From: a virus
Virus record (IMG/VR): IMGVR_UViG_3300027974_000023
Span: 64,826-128,825 of that record
DNA length: 64,000 nt
Reading direction: 5' to 3' (one strand)
Part shown: positions 1 to 10,158 of the stretch, one piece after another
How the letters are laid out: each line of letters begins with the position of its first letter
Numbering within the stretch: position 1 is the first letter of the stretch
The notes under the pieces: model-generated
Seen by the model: the letters and a program-made list of their open reading frames with translations, nothing else
What the model was told of the DNA's origin: nothing
Database searches by the model: none
Made by a program: the position numbers and the translations under genes

Positions 1-461
1 CTATCACCTCTTGGTCTATCTGTTCTTTCAGATGCTAACTTACTCATTACTTTTTTAGTTTCTTCTGAATGTTTTTTTCCTTTTCTTGGGTCTGGATTAT
101 TTAATCTATAAAGTCTATTTTTTTCTTTTATTTTTTCAATAGTTGCTATTGTATGTTTTACAGAATAGTCACCACCTTTTGTTCTATTATATCCATTTGG
201 AACCATAGAGTTTAGTTCTTGAATAAACTGTACTTCAAATAGTTTTGCATCTTCTAAAGTTAAATTATCTTTTAGTATTTCAAATTTAAATTTTTCAAAC
301 CCATACTTTTTAATAGCCAAACAAAAAACAACTGCTCTGCTTCTCATTCCTTTATGTTGCTTAAATCTTCTTTTTACATCAGAAGTAATACCAATATACT
401 TTTTATTATTAATATTATTTGTAAAACAATACACTGAATAAAGTGCTGCTGTCTTTGCCAT
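1..461 (-). CDS. GIY-YIG homing endonuclease with NUMOD3 motif (runs off window edge)
   Basis: Manual translation from ATG at 461: MAKTAALYSVYCFTNNINNKKYIGITSDVKRRFKQH...EVQFIQELNSMVPNGYNRTKGG...KGKKHSEETKK. Confidence 0.85.
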   Translation of the reverse strand, partial: MAKTAALYSVYCFTNNINNKKYIGITSDVKRRFKQHKGMRSRAVVFCLAIKKYGFEKFKFEILKDNLTLEDAKLFEVQFIQELNSMVPNGYNRTKGGDYSVKHTIATIEKIKEKNRLYRLNNPDPRKGKKHSEETKKVMSKLASERTDRPRGD

Positions 462-472
462 AGTTATTAATT

Positions 473-1420
473 TTATAAACCTGCTAAAAATGATGTAGTT
501 AAATCTACCCATCCACCAACACTATTATATTTTTTAAATGATGTAACATTAATATAAGCATTATATCCATCATCTGTATTAATAAATGTTCCCGAACAAT
601 AAAATACATCAATTTCTGTTCCAACATTAGCATCAATTATTCCTGTTGCACCTGTTAAAAAAGTATTTGAAGCTAATCTTATTTTTTCAGTAGCATAAAC
701 CATTTTAGCTCCATAAGTTGTTATAGCTGCAAGAGCCGCTTTAAATGGAAATAGTATAGCACATAGAGTATAGTTTTGATAATCATTTGGAAAGTTTGTT
801 ACAACTGGAGCAACAGCATTTGCTGCTACCCATGTAATTGCTGTAGCAACTGCACCACAAGTATTATCCGTTAAAGATTGCGTTTCACTCTTTCCTCTTC
901 TCCAAATCCTTCCTACACTACCTGTTCTTGATATTCCAATATGCGGTGTATTAATCATAAACAAACCACCATTTGTACTTGTTGTAACATGTGATCCCCA
1001 AGCTTGTATACCTAATATACCTGTGTGAGGATAACCAGCTAAACCACCTGCCATGAATGCACCTAAAAACTGATTCTGAGATGCAGGAGTCTGACCAATG
1101 TTTGAAATATCTGAATAAATAGGACCATCTATATCATCAGAACAAATTGAATCTGATAAAACTATATTATCTGGAAAGTAACCTTTTTCTTGTATAAAAG
1201 ATTTAGCATAATCACCAAATCTTTGAACATTAACTGCTCCAGGATAAGTTACTTTAACTGTAGTATCATAGTCTACAGGATTAATTGTATTTCTTTCAAC
1301 ACCTTCTACAACAGGAAACCAATCTCCTGATACCGGTTTAATACTAGAAAGAATTAAAGCACCAGGTACAACAGTATCTGTTTTTGGATTTTTTAATGCA
1401 TAAGGAATTAATTTTGCCAT
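473..1420 (-). CDS. LCIB/LCIC-family beta-carbonic anhydrase-like protein
   Basis: Motifs SICSDD, FMAGGLAGYPHTG, PHIGISRTGSVG, DNTCGA match the LCIB Cys/His/Cys zinc-ligand pattern. Confidence 0.8.
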   Translation of the reverse strand: MAKLIPYALKNPKTDTVVPGALILSSIKPVSGDWFPVVEGVERNTINPVDYDTTVKVTYPGAVNVQRFGDYAKSFIQEKGYFPDNIVLSDSICSDDIDGPIYSDISNIGQTPASQNQFLGAFMAGGLAGYPHTGILGIQAWGSHVTTSTNGGLFMINTPHIGISRTGSVGRIWRRGKSETQSLTDNTCGAVATAITWVAANAVAPVVTNFPNDYQNYTLCAILFPFKAALAAITTYGAKMVYATEKIRLASNTFLTGATGIIDANVGTEIDVFYCSGTFINTDDGYNAYINVTSFKKYNSVGGWVDLTTSFLAGL

Positions 1421-1422
1421 GA

Positions 1423-1563
1423 CTATTTCTTTTTTGTAGTTGCTTTAATCTTTTTCTCTTGTTTCAGCATTTGAGCTGTAGGTTTCTTTCCAGAACCTTT
1501 ATTATCACGGATGTTATCCCAGAGACCTCTCTGGGAAACACTACCGTCTTTTCTTTTTAGCAT
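1423..1563 (-). CDS. small basic phage protein (46 aa)
   Basis: Manual translation MLKRKDGSVSQRGLWDNIRDNKGSGKKPTAQMLKQEKKIKATTKKK; fills the gap between neighbours. Confidence 0.7.
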   Translation of the reverse strand: MLKRKDGSVSQRGLWDNIRDNKGSGKKPTAQMLKQEKKIKATTKKK

Positions 1564-1577
1564 TTGCTTTGCCATTA

Positions 1578-1880
1578 TTATTTTTTCTTAAATAAGTTTT
1601 TAAAAAAAGATTTAATTTTAGCAGCTGTTGATACTGATTCAATTACTATTTCTTCAATCTCCTCAGCTTTTTCTTCAACTAATTCTTTGTGTTCAGAAAT
1701 AATTTTAGTTGCTTCATATGTAGCATTTTCAACTATTGCTAATACTTCTTGTTCAACCTCTTCTTTAACTATAACAGGTTTAGCTTTCTTAACTCTAGGT
1801 TTTCTTACTGATGCTTTTTTAGCAGTTGAAACTTTCTTTACTGTTTCATCTTTAACTTCTTCTCTTACTTTCTTTGCCAT
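1578..1880 (-). CDS. Lys/Glu-rich hypothetical protein
   Basis: ORF track; basic N-half and acidic C-half. Confidence 0.65.
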   Translation of the reverse strand: MAKKVREEVKDETVKKVSTAKKASVRKPRVKKAKPVIVKEEVEQEVLAIVENATYEATKIISEHKELVEEKAEEIEEIVIESVSTAAKIKSFFKNLFKKK

Positions 1881-1907
1881 AATATTAAAATAAAATTAAG
1901 CATCCCC

Positions 1908-2087
1908 TTATTTAGAAGGAGATGCTGATTTAGGAGCTTTAGATATTCCACCTACTTTTCCTTTTGCTACTTTTTGTGCAGATGCTTTTGGATTAACTCC
2001 AGATTTAACACCTTTACTTCCAGCAACTTTAGAAGCGGAAACTTTTGCATTTGGGTTATTCATTTTCCCAGTTGTGTAATTTGCCAT
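1908..2087 (-). CDS. small Lys/Ala/Gly-rich basic protein (59 aa)
   Basis: Manual translation MANYTTGKMNNPNAKVSASKVAGSKGVKSG... Confidence 0.6.
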   Translation of the reverse strand: MANYTTGKMNNPNAKVSASKVAGSKGVKSGVNPKASAQKVAKGKVGGISKAPKSASPSK

Positions 2088-2099
2088 TTTATTTTTAGT

Positions 2100-3116
2100 T
2101 TAAGAGTTCCAATACTTTTCACAAGCAGCGTTCAAGTCTTTTAAGATATCCTCATTTAAAGGGTTCTTCATATGCTCAACTACATCAGACACATTTCTTC
2201 CAAGCATAGCACCTGACTTAGTGTGGTAGATATAACCATCTGCCTTATTTATAATATACTTAAAAAATACGGAATCTCTAACAATTGATTTAATTTTTAG
2301 TGTTTCCATATCAAGATTAGCTACATCCATAAATGATTTAGCTGCTCTTTCTTTGTTACTTTCTCCTCCTAAACCGTTGATGAATACATCCATGTTTTCA
2401 TAGATTACATCATTAGGAGTTGATTTTCTATATTGTGTACTGTTGATATCCACCACCTTAGCAATGTAAAACAACTTAGTACTGTTTTTGTCAAATAATT
2501 TCTGAAGTTCAGCAAGTGCTTTATTACGCAGCTTTTTGTATTCAGTTCTTACCATTACTGTTTCTTCTTCTTTATCTAAGTAAAACTTAGGTGGAACAGC
2601 TTTGGATCTAGCATCATCAAAACTTTTTGATACAAGAGAAAATCCTCCTGCTTCAATTGCATAAAGTTTGATTCTATCATAAGGATCTCTTGGGTCTAAG
2701 AACAAAGGTTCATTACCACAAGAAATGGAAATCTTATTCCAAAAATCTTTATTGTTTGGTTGTAGTAATTTTACTTGATTCCAAAACATTGGATCTTCAA
2801 TATCAATTACATTTGCAGCTAATTCTTTTTCTAACTCAGCTACAGCACTTCTTATCTCTCTTACCTTTGCAGCTCTATCTTCTTCATTAAGAAGTTTTAT
2901 TTCCGGTGCAAATTCATTCAGTCCAGTAAGGTATCTTACTACACCATTATTGTCTAAACAAGCAATTTGTTCAGAGTGTGTTACCCCATCAAATAAACTC
3001 ATCCCATAATCTTCTAAACCCATGTTAGAAGAGGAATTGTCAAAGAAAGGTCTTACAGCTATTGCTGTTTTTTTAACTGAGCCCTTACCGGTCTCAACCA
3101 TTGTGAAATTATCCAT
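2100..3116 (-). CDS. conserved crAss-like structural-module protein downstream of MCP
   Basis: 338 aa; position in capsid block. Confidence 0.55.
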   Translation of the reverse strand: MDNFTMVETGKGSVKKTAIAVRPFFDNSSSNMGLEDYGMSLFDGVTHSEQIACLDNNGVVRYLTGLNEFAPEIKLLNEEDRAAKVREIRSAVAELEKELAANVIDIEDPMFWNQVKLLQPNNKDFWNKISISCGNEPLFLDPRDPYDRIKLYAIEAGGFSLVSKSFDDARSKAVPPKFYLDKEEETVMVRTEYKKLRNKALAELQKLFDKNSTKLFYIAKVVDINSTQYRKSTPNDVIYENMDVFINGLGGESNKERAAKSFMDVANLDMETLKIKSIVRDSVFFKYIINKADGYIYHTKSGAMLGRNVSDVVEHMKNPLNEDILKDLNAACEKYWNS

Positions 3117-3149
3117 TGTTTTGTTGGTTTTTGGTTTGTGTAAATTTAA

Positions 3150-3998
3150 TTAATTATTCTGGCACATCTCCAGATAAGTGTTATATTTTCTATCTAAATA
3201 GATAGTTGCATCTTGATACAATAATTCTAAAACTTTTTTACAATCACTTGAATAATAGTGAACTTGAAATAAGCTATTTTTTAAACCTCCTTCTTTATTA
3301 CTATGACTTGGATATTTACTTTTAATTTCCAGTTCCTTAGTACAAAAAATAATAAATTCAAAAATTGTTTCAATTGTTCCACATAATGAAATCTGAGGTT
3401 TAATGTCATAGTTATAAACTCCACCATCACCGTCAACAACACCTCTCCAAAAATCTTTTGAATTTTTTAAAGAGTCATGTGGTACAGCTGTCCAACTTTT
3501 TTTATTATTAAAACCTAACTCTTTAAGTTTACTATGTAAAACTTTAGAAAAAATTTTAATTGAACAAGAATTTTCTGCATAAAATTTTATCTCTTTATTA
3601 CAATTAAAAAAAAGTTTAAACTTTTCTAAATGTTCTTTATCCTTTAGCTCAATTTCTAATTCAATAGAATATTCTTTTTCTTTTCTAATGTGACCATCTG
3701 CATATAGAAAACCTATCCAATATAAAGCTTCTGGTGTTAATGTATCAAAAACAGTTTCATCTAACGTAGAACCTCTACTGAGTCTCCATTGTGTAGATTT
3801 ATCTCTTATTAACCCAGATTGCTGTAGTATTGTTCTAATAGTTTTTCTAGTCATCTTCATGACTTCCTCAATTTTAGTTTGAGGAAGCCCTTGAAGATAC
3901 ATACTTTTAACAGTTTCTTTTTGCTCTGTTGTAATTTTACTCAAATTAGCTACCGCATTATAAGGTCTATGCGGGTAAATTCTTTTCTTTTTGTCCAT
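3150..3998 (-). CDS. free-standing LAGLIDADG homing endonuclease
   Basis: Motifs LYWIGFLYADGHI and FWRGVVDGDGGV with N-terminal HTH; start moved to ATG 3998, downstream of a TATATTTG promoter at 4017-4024. Confidence 0.85.
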   Translation of the reverse strand: MDKKKRIYPHRPYNAVANLSKITTEQKETVKSMYLQGLPQTKIEEVMKMTRKTIRTILQQSGLIRDKSTQWRLSRGSTLDETVFDTLTPEALYWIGFLYADGHIRKEKEYSIELEIELKDKEHLEKFKLFFNCNKEIKFYAENSCSIKIFSKVLHSKLKELGFNNKKSWTAVPHDSLKNSKDFWRGVVDGDGGVYNYDIKPQISLCGTIETIFEFIIFCTKELEIKSKYPSHSNKEGGLKNSLFQVHYYSSDCKKVLELLYQDATIYLDRKYNTYLEMCQNN

Positions 3999-4058
3999 GT
4001 TTTTATAATTAAAACACAAATATAAAAAGAATATTTGAGAAATCCAATTACTGTCTGA

Positions 4059-5678
4059 TCAAAAACTTCCTCCTGTAATAGGGTTTCTCATAACAATTTT
4101 CAATACTTTAGTTGGATCTTTAACCCAAATAGCTGGCATTGTTTGAGACATCATTACACGGTATCCATTGAATTGACCTGAAGATTGGAACCCTTGAGTT
4201 CTACCCATGTAATCCATAGTACCATTTTGATACCACCATTTCAATTGATTATCCCAAGATAATTTCAATAAGAAGATGTTATCATTAGTATTATCAGTAA
4301 TATCAAAGATAATGAATGAATAAGAAGATAATGGGAAACCATCAATAATTGGGTTTTCAATATCATTTGTGTGAACATTGTCAAATGCTGGATTCAATAC
4401 AAATTTCACGTTAGCCAAGAATGGGATAACATATGAAGTGTATGCAAATCCAAAGTTCAAGTCCATACCTTTACCAGTGATTGCACCTATATCAGCAGCT
4501 TGAATCAATAAACCTGAAGATACTGCCTCACGTTTGATAGCCTCATTTACCATTCTCATACCACCCATACCAGTTTGTACAACTAGAGAGCGTTTTGGAT
4601 CTGGACCTTGGAACTCAACTTTACCATTAAAGAAGTTGTAGATCTCTCCACGGAATAAATCCAATGTAAAGTTGTTTTTGTTGTAGATTCTTTTGAAAGA
4701 GTTATCCAACTGTTTCCAAAGACCCACTGACAATCTTAAATCATCTGGACCATCTTGTTTAACTTTACCACCTTGACCCCACATTAAGTAAGTTTCAATA
4801 TCTGTAGCAATTTTAGACAAGTGAGCAGATTCCATTGTAGTTAAGAATGTTCTAGATAAATCACCATTGTCAAAAGCTTTTTTAACTTTGTCTTTACCTA
4901 ATTTCTTAACCATGTCATCTAAGTTAGCAATAGATGGATCATTTAAGTTAGAATCAAATGTTCTCCAGATTTCAGTTACAGGAACTGTTCCATCTGCATT
5001 CATTCCTCCTTTGATCATCAAATCTGCTCTAGAAGAGATAGAATAATGTACGTGAGCTTCAGCACCACCAACAAAGTTGTAGAATTCACGGAATCCTGCT
5101 CTTGTTTGGATATCAGAGAATCTTTCTCCATATTCACCACGTGCAGAACCTTTACGGAATACTTTAGTACCATTAGACAAATACTTGTTATCCAAGAATT
5201 TGAAATTGTCATTGTTCACTAATTGAACTGTGTAGATGAAACCATCACCAATTGGAAGAATATCTTCTGCAGTAATGTACATCTCAACACCGTTGTATTT
5301 GTCATAAGTGATGATATCACCATGTCCAAACTCACGTCTGTTCAATTTAATACGGAATGTTGAACCTTCAATTCCTTTGAATTCATTGTCTGGTTCAATG
5401 TCTTCAATTACATAAGGAAGGTCAATAGAAACCGGAGTTTGCCATCTATACTCACCTCTTGCATTGTCAACCATAATTACATTCTTTCCACCGAAAGAAG
5501 ACATTTGATAAAGTGGCATCTCAACTTTTTGAGCCATAGCCCATAAGTCAACTGGACCTAAATCCATTGGTTGCGCATCCTTTAACATGTTTACTAAGTG
5601 GTAAGAATCCACATGTGAACTTGCATTGTATGCAGTATCACGTAGGAATATACCATTGTTTAAAACTGGAGTACTCAT
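4059..5678 (-). CDS. major capsid protein (crAss-like)
   Basis: 539 aa, strongly biased codons, position downstream of TerL-portal-acidic protein as in crAss-like phages. Confidence 0.8.
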   Translation of the reverse strand: MSTPVLNNGIFLRDTAYNASSHVDSYHLVNMLKDAQPMDLGPVDLWAMAQKVEMPLYQMSSFGGKNVIMVDNARGEYRWQTPVSIDLPYVIEDIEPDNEFKGIEGSTFRIKLNRREFGHGDIITYDKYNGVEMYITAEDILPIGDGFIYTVQLVNNDNFKFLDNKYLSNGTKVFRKGSARGEYGERFSDIQTRAGFREFYNFVGGAEAHVHYSISSRADLMIKGGMNADGTVPVTEIWRTFDSNLNDPSIANLDDMVKKLGKDKVKKAFDNGDLSRTFLTTMESAHLSKIATDIETYLMWGQGGKVKQDGPDDLRLSVGLWKQLDNSFKRIYNKNNFTLDLFRGEIYNFFNGKVEFQGPDPKRSLVVQTGMGGMRMVNEAIKREAVSSGLLIQAADIGAITGKGMDLNFGFAYTSYVIPFLANVKFVLNPAFDNVHTNDIENPIIDGFPLSSYSFIIFDITDNTNDNIFLLKLSWDNQLKWWYQNGTMDYMGRTQGFQSSGQFNGYRVMMSQTMPAIWVKDPTKVLKIVMRNPITGGSF

Positions 5679-5705
5679 TTATTTATTTTATTTATTAGTT
5701 ACTAA

Positions 5706-6974
5706 TTAAAAAGTCCTTCTGAATATGTTAGTATTCTGTCTGGATATTGTTTTTGGTTTATTAGCAGAAGGTCTGTTTTCTTCTAATGAACCTGTGTTTG
5801 TAGAAGAGCTAGATAATTTTCTAGATTCTTCTGTTTTCAAAGTTCTTACTGTTTTTTCTACAGTTTCTTTAGAACCTTGTTCTCTAATTTTTGATTCAAA
5901 TCCTTCTGGATCTTGAAGCAACCAAAGAGCTTTAGCAATCAATCCATGGTTTGGTTCTACAAACTGATACTTTTCTAACAAGTGTCCAAGTAAATTAGTT
6001 TGTTTTCCAGAGATAGAAGGGTAGTTTGGTTGTACCAATCCTGAATAAAGCATGCTTTGAATCTTCTTGTCAAGCTTAATTCCTCCTAGCTCACCAGTAG
6101 CAAGTGTATTATATACATTATCAGTATATGCTTTTGCTTGCTTTTGTTGCTGTTCTTTTTTATGTTCTTGCTCTGCTAACTGTCTTGCAATAATCTCTTC
6201 TTGCATTCTGTCTAGCTTAGGCTTAAACTGATTTGCTTTTTGCTCTAACTTATTCATGTCAGCCCAATCTTGAATCTCTGATTCAATTTCTTCTGCTGTA
6301 CCAAAGTTAGTAGCCCAAAGATATTGTCTAGCAATTTCTTCTTGGTCTCCTTCATTACTAGGATCTAATTGCACAATTTCTTCTACATGTGCTAATGATC
6401 TGAAAAGACCTTTTAAATCTTGTCCACCATCTGCTACATATTTTGCAGCAATCTGAAGTTCTTCAGGTAAAGAGTTAAAGAATTCTTTTGGAGTATCCTC
6501 CTTAATCTTATTCTCTTTCTCTTGGAAGTTAGCTTCAAATAATTCTCTGAAATCTTTAGTGGTGTATTCTTCTAATGGTTTGTCATCATCAAAAGGCATT
6601 AAAGACCCTTCTTCAATCATTTTTTGTGCTAAGTCTAAAAGACCACTCTTGTCTACTTTCGATCTACCTTTTCCACTGTTGTCTTCTACTTGTGAAATAA
6701 GATTGTCAAGTTCTGCAATTGTTTCTTCTGTTTCAGCTTTAGCTTCTTCCTTTTCCTTTCTTTCAGCAGAGGTTAATGGATTGTTGTCAAGGAACGAAGT
6801 GTCAATGTTCTCCTTTGAGAACATACCTTTTGGTTTTTCTGGTTCTCCATCTTCAGGAAGCATAATGCTTTCTGCACCAGGGTTACCAAAAAGCTCATCA
6901 ATGTTTATGTCTATTTGTCCTACCGCTGTAGTTTCTTGAACATCCTCATTGAGGTTTTTTGTTTCATCAGTCAT
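5706..6974 (-). CDS. acidic helical protein, probable capsid scaffold/assembly protein
   Basis: Acidic coiled-coil 422 aa between portal and MCP. Confidence 0.55.
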   Translation of the reverse strand: MTDETKNLNEDVQETTAVGQIDINIDELFGNPGAESIMLPEDGEPEKPKGMFSKENIDTSFLDNNPLTSAERKEKEEAKAETEETIAELDNLISQVEDNSGKGRSKVDKSGLLDLAQKMIEEGSLMPFDDDKPLEEYTTKDFRELFEANFQEKENKIKEDTPKEFFNSLPEELQIAAKYVADGGQDLKGLFRSLAHVEEIVQLDPSNEGDQEEIARQYLWATNFGTAEEIESEIQDWADMNKLEQKANQFKPKLDRMQEEIIARQLAEQEHKKEQQQKQAKAYTDNVYNTLATGELGGIKLDKKIQSMLYSGLVQPNYPSISGKQTNLLGHLLEKYQFVEPNHGLIAKALWLLQDPEGFESKIREQGSKETVEKTVRTLKTEESRKLSSSSTNTGSLEENRPSANKPKTISRQNTNIFRRTF

Positions 6975-7080
6975 CTTTGTTGGTTTTGGTTTATAATTTA
7001 ATATACTAATTAAACTTGATAAATTTAAAGCAGCTTATAAAATTTTTCACACTATATAGCTAAGTATTATTCTTTTCTTC

Positions 7081-7419
7081 TTATAAATATTTAAAATAAT
7101 GACCTTTTGTTAAACCTGATTTAGATTTACCTTTACACACTCTTGTTATATGTGTAGGTTCAATTTTAAAAAACCTTGCTGCTTCAGTAACACTTTTAAA
7201 TTCAAATAATACTACACCTTCCTTAGTTATATTACAAACAGGTTTTTTATCTTTTAATGAAAGATGTTTAATCCAACTATTTACTTTAGTAAGTCTTATA
7301 GATCTTTTCCATTGGTAAATATGTTGATTATACCTGTTTTGAGGTTTCACATTAGTTTTACCAACATATCTTACTTTATCAGTTTCAGGATCTACTAAAG
7401 TATAAATATAAGTTATCAT
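7081..7419 (-). pseudogene. internally deleted GIY-YIG/NUMOD1 homing endonuclease
   Basis: YIYTL...RYVGKT...RYNQH joined directly to a NUMOD1-like FKSVTEAA...ITRVCKG tail; catalytic Glu/Asn segment absent. Confidence 0.6.
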
Positions 7420-10157
7420 ATTTTTTTATCTGCTTTTAATTCACTTTTTGTTTTATTTTCTCTTGCAACCTGCAATTGTTTATCTGCTATTTCTCTTTGA
7501 GCTTGGATCTTTTCTCTTTCAATTTGAGCTTTCTGAGAATCATTATTCATTCTATTAGTTTCCTTTTCTCTCTGTAAGTTTGTTTGATCTTGAAACTCTT
7601 CAGTAGCTCTGATCTCTTTCATAGCATCTAAGAAGTCTGATTGTTTATTTTCATTAACATCAGTCATAGCACCCATACCTGCCGCGCGTATTTCAGCAAC
7701 AAGAATATCTTTTTGTCTATTTTTCTCATCTCTCAATTCAGCTGCATCAAGTTCCATTTTCTTTTGTTTCTCTTGAGAATCAAGTTGTTGCTGTTGCATT
7801 TCTTGTTGATGTTGTTGCTCCTCTTGTTTTTGCTTGTTCATTTTTTCTTCAGCAGCTTTAAGTGTACCTGTAACTTCAGATATACTATCAGCTTGAACAA
7901 TTTTACCAAGATCAAAGATTGTTGCTCCAGTTGTATTGTTTGTTAAAGCCATTTGTTTCAATTGCTCTAATACAGCTCTGTTATTTGCATTTGTACTACA
8001 GAAGATATTAAGATCTCTCATTAATAAATCAGTACCATTTATTTCAAAATTTACTTTTTCATCCTGAGATGTCATGTATGTAAGTCTTGCAGATGGTTTT
8101 GTTGAATTATAGTATTGAGCTAAGTCAGTTCTCATCTGGTGTACTCTTGGCATTAAGTAATCACAGTGCTGCATGAAGAACATCTCAGTTTGTGCATAAG
8201 AAGCACTCTTAGCCTGTTCTACACCTGTAGCTGTAGTTTGTGTTAACTCTTGTCCTAATCTTTGAGGGTTGATACCAATTACTTCATAAGCTTGTTGTTT
8301 AAAGTGCTCTGCTAATTTGATTCTTGACATTAGCCTTTCTGTTTGTGAAAGATCTAATTTCTGAAAGTGCTGGAAGTTAAGAGGGTTTTCTGTATTGCTT
8401 ATTGAGGTATCCAAAGGAAGCATCTGGAAATTCTTCATTGCCACATATGCTTTTGATAAATTGTTCTTACCCCAGTCTTCACCCATTGAGTGTCTTGGTA
8501 GTGAATTCTGATCAAGTAAAATTACTGTTCCTAACTCATCAACTAGTATATCAGCAATCTGATTGTTTACAATGTTGTATCCAATCTGGTATGGCTTCAT
8601 TAAGTCTAACAAAGCTGTTGACTTAGTATTTCTATCAGAGAATACTGCTCCTTCTACAGGAAGCTTGCATCCATACAAACTGTTATCACCTTTAAATTGA
8701 AACTTTAATGGACCAATATGATTCTTATCTGTACCAATATAGATTGGAGAGAAACCTCCAGGATTGTTCATACCCCAGAATGAAGGAATATTTGGACCAA
8801 TTTTAACACCACCCCAAACTTCATTAATCCAAATCCAGTCAATATGTTCTCCAAAAAGCAAAGTGTCTTTTGTTTTGTTTTTGAATAATCTATTATCATA
8901 GATTGGTTTATCAGTAATCTTGTAATCTTCTGTTACTATTTCATTGATCACCTCACCGCTTTCAGCAATTTTTGTAAGATGTCCAATTTTTCTTTGAGAC
9001 TTCCAGTACGCTGTAGTTACTCTCAATAAGTAAGCTGTACCTTGATCATAATAATCTTCTCCTTCAGAAAGTATTTGGTTAACAATATCTCCACCATCAT
9101 AAACTGAACCAGCCATCATACTAGTATACTGTCTGTATGCTAATGAAGGCATGTTAGTATTCCATTCATGAGACTTAGTAGCATCATAGAATGTACCATC
9201 ATTTTGCCCTCCAATAGTATAACCTGCAGATCTGATTGGATAAATTGCTTCAAGACCTTCATGCTGTTCTTCTGTCAACATGTAACCATACTTATCAATA
9301 ACATCAGCTACGGTGAGCATATCCACTTTACCAACCCAGTTACCTTGTGAAATGTATCTTGCATCAGGAGATTTGTGGTAGAAAGTTACTGGAGGATTCC
9401 AAAGTTCAACTTCATAATCATCTTCCATCATTCTCATGTGCCAAAATTCTCTGTCTGTAATAAGCATATCTCTGAATCCTCTTTCTTCAAGCTCATCCAT
9501 ATGAAATCTTTCACTATCCACTTGATGTTGATGTATAGCCCATTGTTCTATCATGGATCTATAATCTTTCTGCATATATTTTTCAATCTCAGGAAGAGAC
9601 TTTAAATTTTCAGGAGACAATTGTTGTTGTGCTTCTTCTGATTCAGGATCTAAACCTTGCTCAAGCATTGCTGCTTGAATTTTCATTTTAGCATCATCCA
9701 TTAATGTATCCTCAACTAGCTTTCTTTTTTGCTCTAACATTTCATTATAGGAGAATTCATCAATACCTCTGTATGAAAGTTTGGTAGTTCTTTTTGCAAA
9801 TTCAGCTACTAGAACATTAATAACATTTGGGATAATAGGATAGAACTTTAATTCAAGTGCAGACCAGTCTTCTCTAGTTAATACATCAACAATATCTTTC
9901 ATCTCATTGTTTTCTTCAACTATATAGTCAGACTTATCAATAATACCTTTAGCCAACTTATAGTTTTTCATAAGTCTGCGGGCATTTCTACGGATCTGTT
10001 TCAGTCCATTCCATTCTAACCAATCCAAGCACCATGCTGCCCACTCCTCATCCTTTTCAACACGTAGTATAAATTGAAGTGGTTGGGTGATTGAACCCAT
10101 TCTATTATGAGATGCTTTAGCTCCCTTTTTGAGTTGCAAACTATTATATACTTGCAT
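7416..10157 (-). CDS. portal protein (crAss-like)
   Basis: 913 aa, YPIIPNVINVL motif, Q/E-rich coiled-coil C-terminus, downstream of TerL. Confidence 0.8.
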   Translation of the reverse strand: MQVYNSLQLKKGAKASHNRMGSITQPLQFILRVEKDEEWAAWCLDWLEWNGLKQIRRNARRLMKNYKLAKGIIDKSDYIVEENNEMKDIVDVLTREDWSALELKFYPIIPNVINVLVAEFAKRTTKLSYRGIDEFSYNEMLEQKRKLVEDTLMDDAKMKIQAAMLEQGLDPESEEAQQQLSPENLKSLPEIEKYMQKDYRSMIEQWAIHQHQVDSERFHMDELEERGFRDMLITDREFWHMRMMEDDYEVELWNPPVTFYHKSPDARYISQGNWVGKVDMLTVADVIDKYGYMLTEEQHEGLEAIYPIRSAGYTIGGQNDGTFYDATKSHEWNTNMPSLAYRQYTSMMAGSVYDGGDIVNQILSEGEDYYDQGTAYLLRVTTAYWKSQRKIGHLTKIAESGEVINEIVTEDYKITDKPIYDNRLFKNKTKDTLLFGEHIDWIWINEVWGGVKIGPNIPSFWGMNNPGGFSPIYIGTDKNHIGPLKFQFKGDNSLYGCKLPVEGAVFSDRNTKSTALLDLMKPYQIGYNIVNNQIADILVDELGTVILLDQNSLPRHSMGEDWGKNNLSKAYVAMKNFQMLPLDTSISNTENPLNFQHFQKLDLSQTERLMSRIKLAEHFKQQAYEVIGINPQRLGQELTQTTATGVEQAKSASYAQTEMFFMQHCDYLMPRVHQMRTDLAQYYNSTKPSARLTYMTSQDEKVNFEINGTDLLMRDLNIFCSTNANNRAVLEQLKQMALTNNTTGATIFDLGKIVQADSISEVTGTLKAAEEKMNKQKQEEQQHQQEMQQQQLDSQEKQKKMELDAAELRDEKNRQKDILVAEIRAAGMGAMTDVNENKQSDFLDAMKEIRATEEFQDQTNLQREKETNRMNNDSQKAQIEREKIQAQREIADKQLQVARENKTKSELKADKKI

Positions 10158-10158
10158 A

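Noticed and set aside
3150-4058. Group I intron around the LAGLIDADG gene after MCP
   Set aside because: Flanks are too short, P/Q/R/S elements are absent and neighbouring genes look complete.
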